This document shows positions 60,514 to 64,000 of a stretch of 64,000 bases of DNA, piece after piece. Made by a program: the position numbers and the translations under genes. The DNA comes from Paragordius varius (taxonomy: Eukaryota > Animalia > Nematomorpha), in assembly GCA_964247055.1 (NCBI GenBank), contig OZ176050.1:8060001-8124000 (forward strand). The letters are read 5' to 3'. Below the pieces are notes generated by a model that had not been told where the DNA came from, made no database searches, and worked only from the letters and a program-made list of their open reading frames with translations. Numbering within the stretch: the stretch's first letter is position 1; the number at the start of each line of letters is the position of its first letter.

Positions 60514-60941
60514 CACTTTGGTACAACATTCAATACAGTCCTTCGATTCAAATTGGGTAGTTGGATACCACAATGGAATAAATTAAAACTGTCAAAAGTT
60601 TGCAGTTATATAACATTAAAGAACCGAAATATAAAAAAAATATTTATTCCAAAATAGTTACTTAATGAGAGGTAAAACCTAAAGGTAAAGAATCATTAGC
60701 AAACATGACATGTGGGCATAATGTAAAGATAAAGATGATGCAAAATATACCACTTTTTCTGTTTATATCAATATTAATTGTGATTTTAAAAAAGTACTCT
60801 TAATATTGGCCTTAAAATCAAATAAACACGATATTTTGGGATAGAAATATAAATTTAAACTGAAACGTTTCATTCAGTAGTTTTTTAAAAATATACACTT
60901 AAATATTGTCTGGGATATTTACCCCTATTTGAATCGAAGTG
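60514..60941 (-). mobile_element. piggyBac-like MITE, copy 4 (inverted, older; TSD decayed)
   Basis: CACTTTGGTAC...GTCCTTCGATTCAAATTGGGTAG at the left end and TTTGAATCGAAGTG at the right end; flanks TAAA/TTCA. Confidence 0.65.
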
Positions 60942-61765
60942 TTCAGCTGAATTTAAAAATGTTTTCTTTAGTCTTTGAAACACATAATTTTTAATAAAAA
61001 CTGTAAAATTTATAAAAATCCTTTTGCGCCCATTTTTATCTATTTTCTTAAATAGTAATGCAACAGGCAAAGAAATGTATATTATTAATCAAAAATGTTA
61101 ATAAATAACTTGAGAAAGCTCTTAGCCTACATATGACCAAAAAAACTTGATATATTCTGATTATAACATCAGTTGTTTGTTTCAATCGCGTGGAACCCCA
61201 ATTAGTACAAGTCACAAAGCTCATGAGTCAATGTTTGATAATTAAATTAATTAGAATAAATTTTAAAACGGTAGATTATTTACAAAATTAAGCTCTGGGA
61301 TACAAAGCTCCAAAATTAAATTAAGACGAAATAGTGAAAAGGTAATGGTAAGCAAAAAATCTATTTTTTTTCTATGACATTTATATGTCATAATTTAGCA
61401 TTAATTAATTATCGCACAATCTCGGCGTTTTTTTATCTAATTTTATATAATTCGCCCCTGAAGAGGTCAAGAATTTGAGATTTAAATTATTTTTGTAAAT
61501 ATATGGTTTGATAGGTTTTTTTGCAATGAAGCATTTAGCTTTTGCCAAGAAAATAAAATGAGCAGATTTTATTATTTTTTCTATATAGCAGATACCACAA
61601 AGTGGTAAAAACTTTCTTATATCAATATATAACCAAAAAGACCATAATCTTGATAATTTTTCTATATAAGGATAATCTATTTTGCACAATGATAGTAGTA
61701 TAAATTTATATTCTGCGGTTACCAATATAACTCCGCACTTTTTATAGTTAACACAAGCGAGTATC

Positions 61766-63959
<2,194 letters not shown>

Positions 63960-64000
63960 GTTTGATAATACCCAACATCAGATATTGATGATAGTTACAT

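Overview
Very AT-rich eukaryotic (animal) genomic DNA; I saw no prokaryotic features. I spliced eight genes by hand: APC10 (+), PSMG1/PAC1 (-), DCTN5 (-), a protostome-type cytoplasmic intermediate filament (IF) gene with a lamin-tail domain (-), a beta/beta-heavy-spectrin-like gene that seems to stop after its two CH domains (-), Smad2/3 (-), Ric-8 (+) and a malic enzyme (+, runs off the window). The clearest unusual property is a class of ultra-short GT-AG introns (21-28 nt, 12 examples) that coexists, gene by gene, with ordinary 56-3,777 nt introns. Introns this short are known from dicyemid mesozoans, so that taxon is a possible source, but this is inference only. Mobile DNA includes an intact RTE LINE with a perfect 16-bp TSD in a Smad intron, a hAT (Blackjack-like) element carrying an inverted decayed copy of its own transposase, four copies of a TTAA-flanked piggyBac-like MITE, a mariner relic and small hAT and hairpin MITEs. 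The top hypothesis is that the repeat-less spectrin CH-CH gene splices in frame onto the long-headed IF gene 11 kb downstream, giving an actin-binding intermediate filament. Exon coordinates were derived by eye and family assignments come from remembered motifs; no searches were run.
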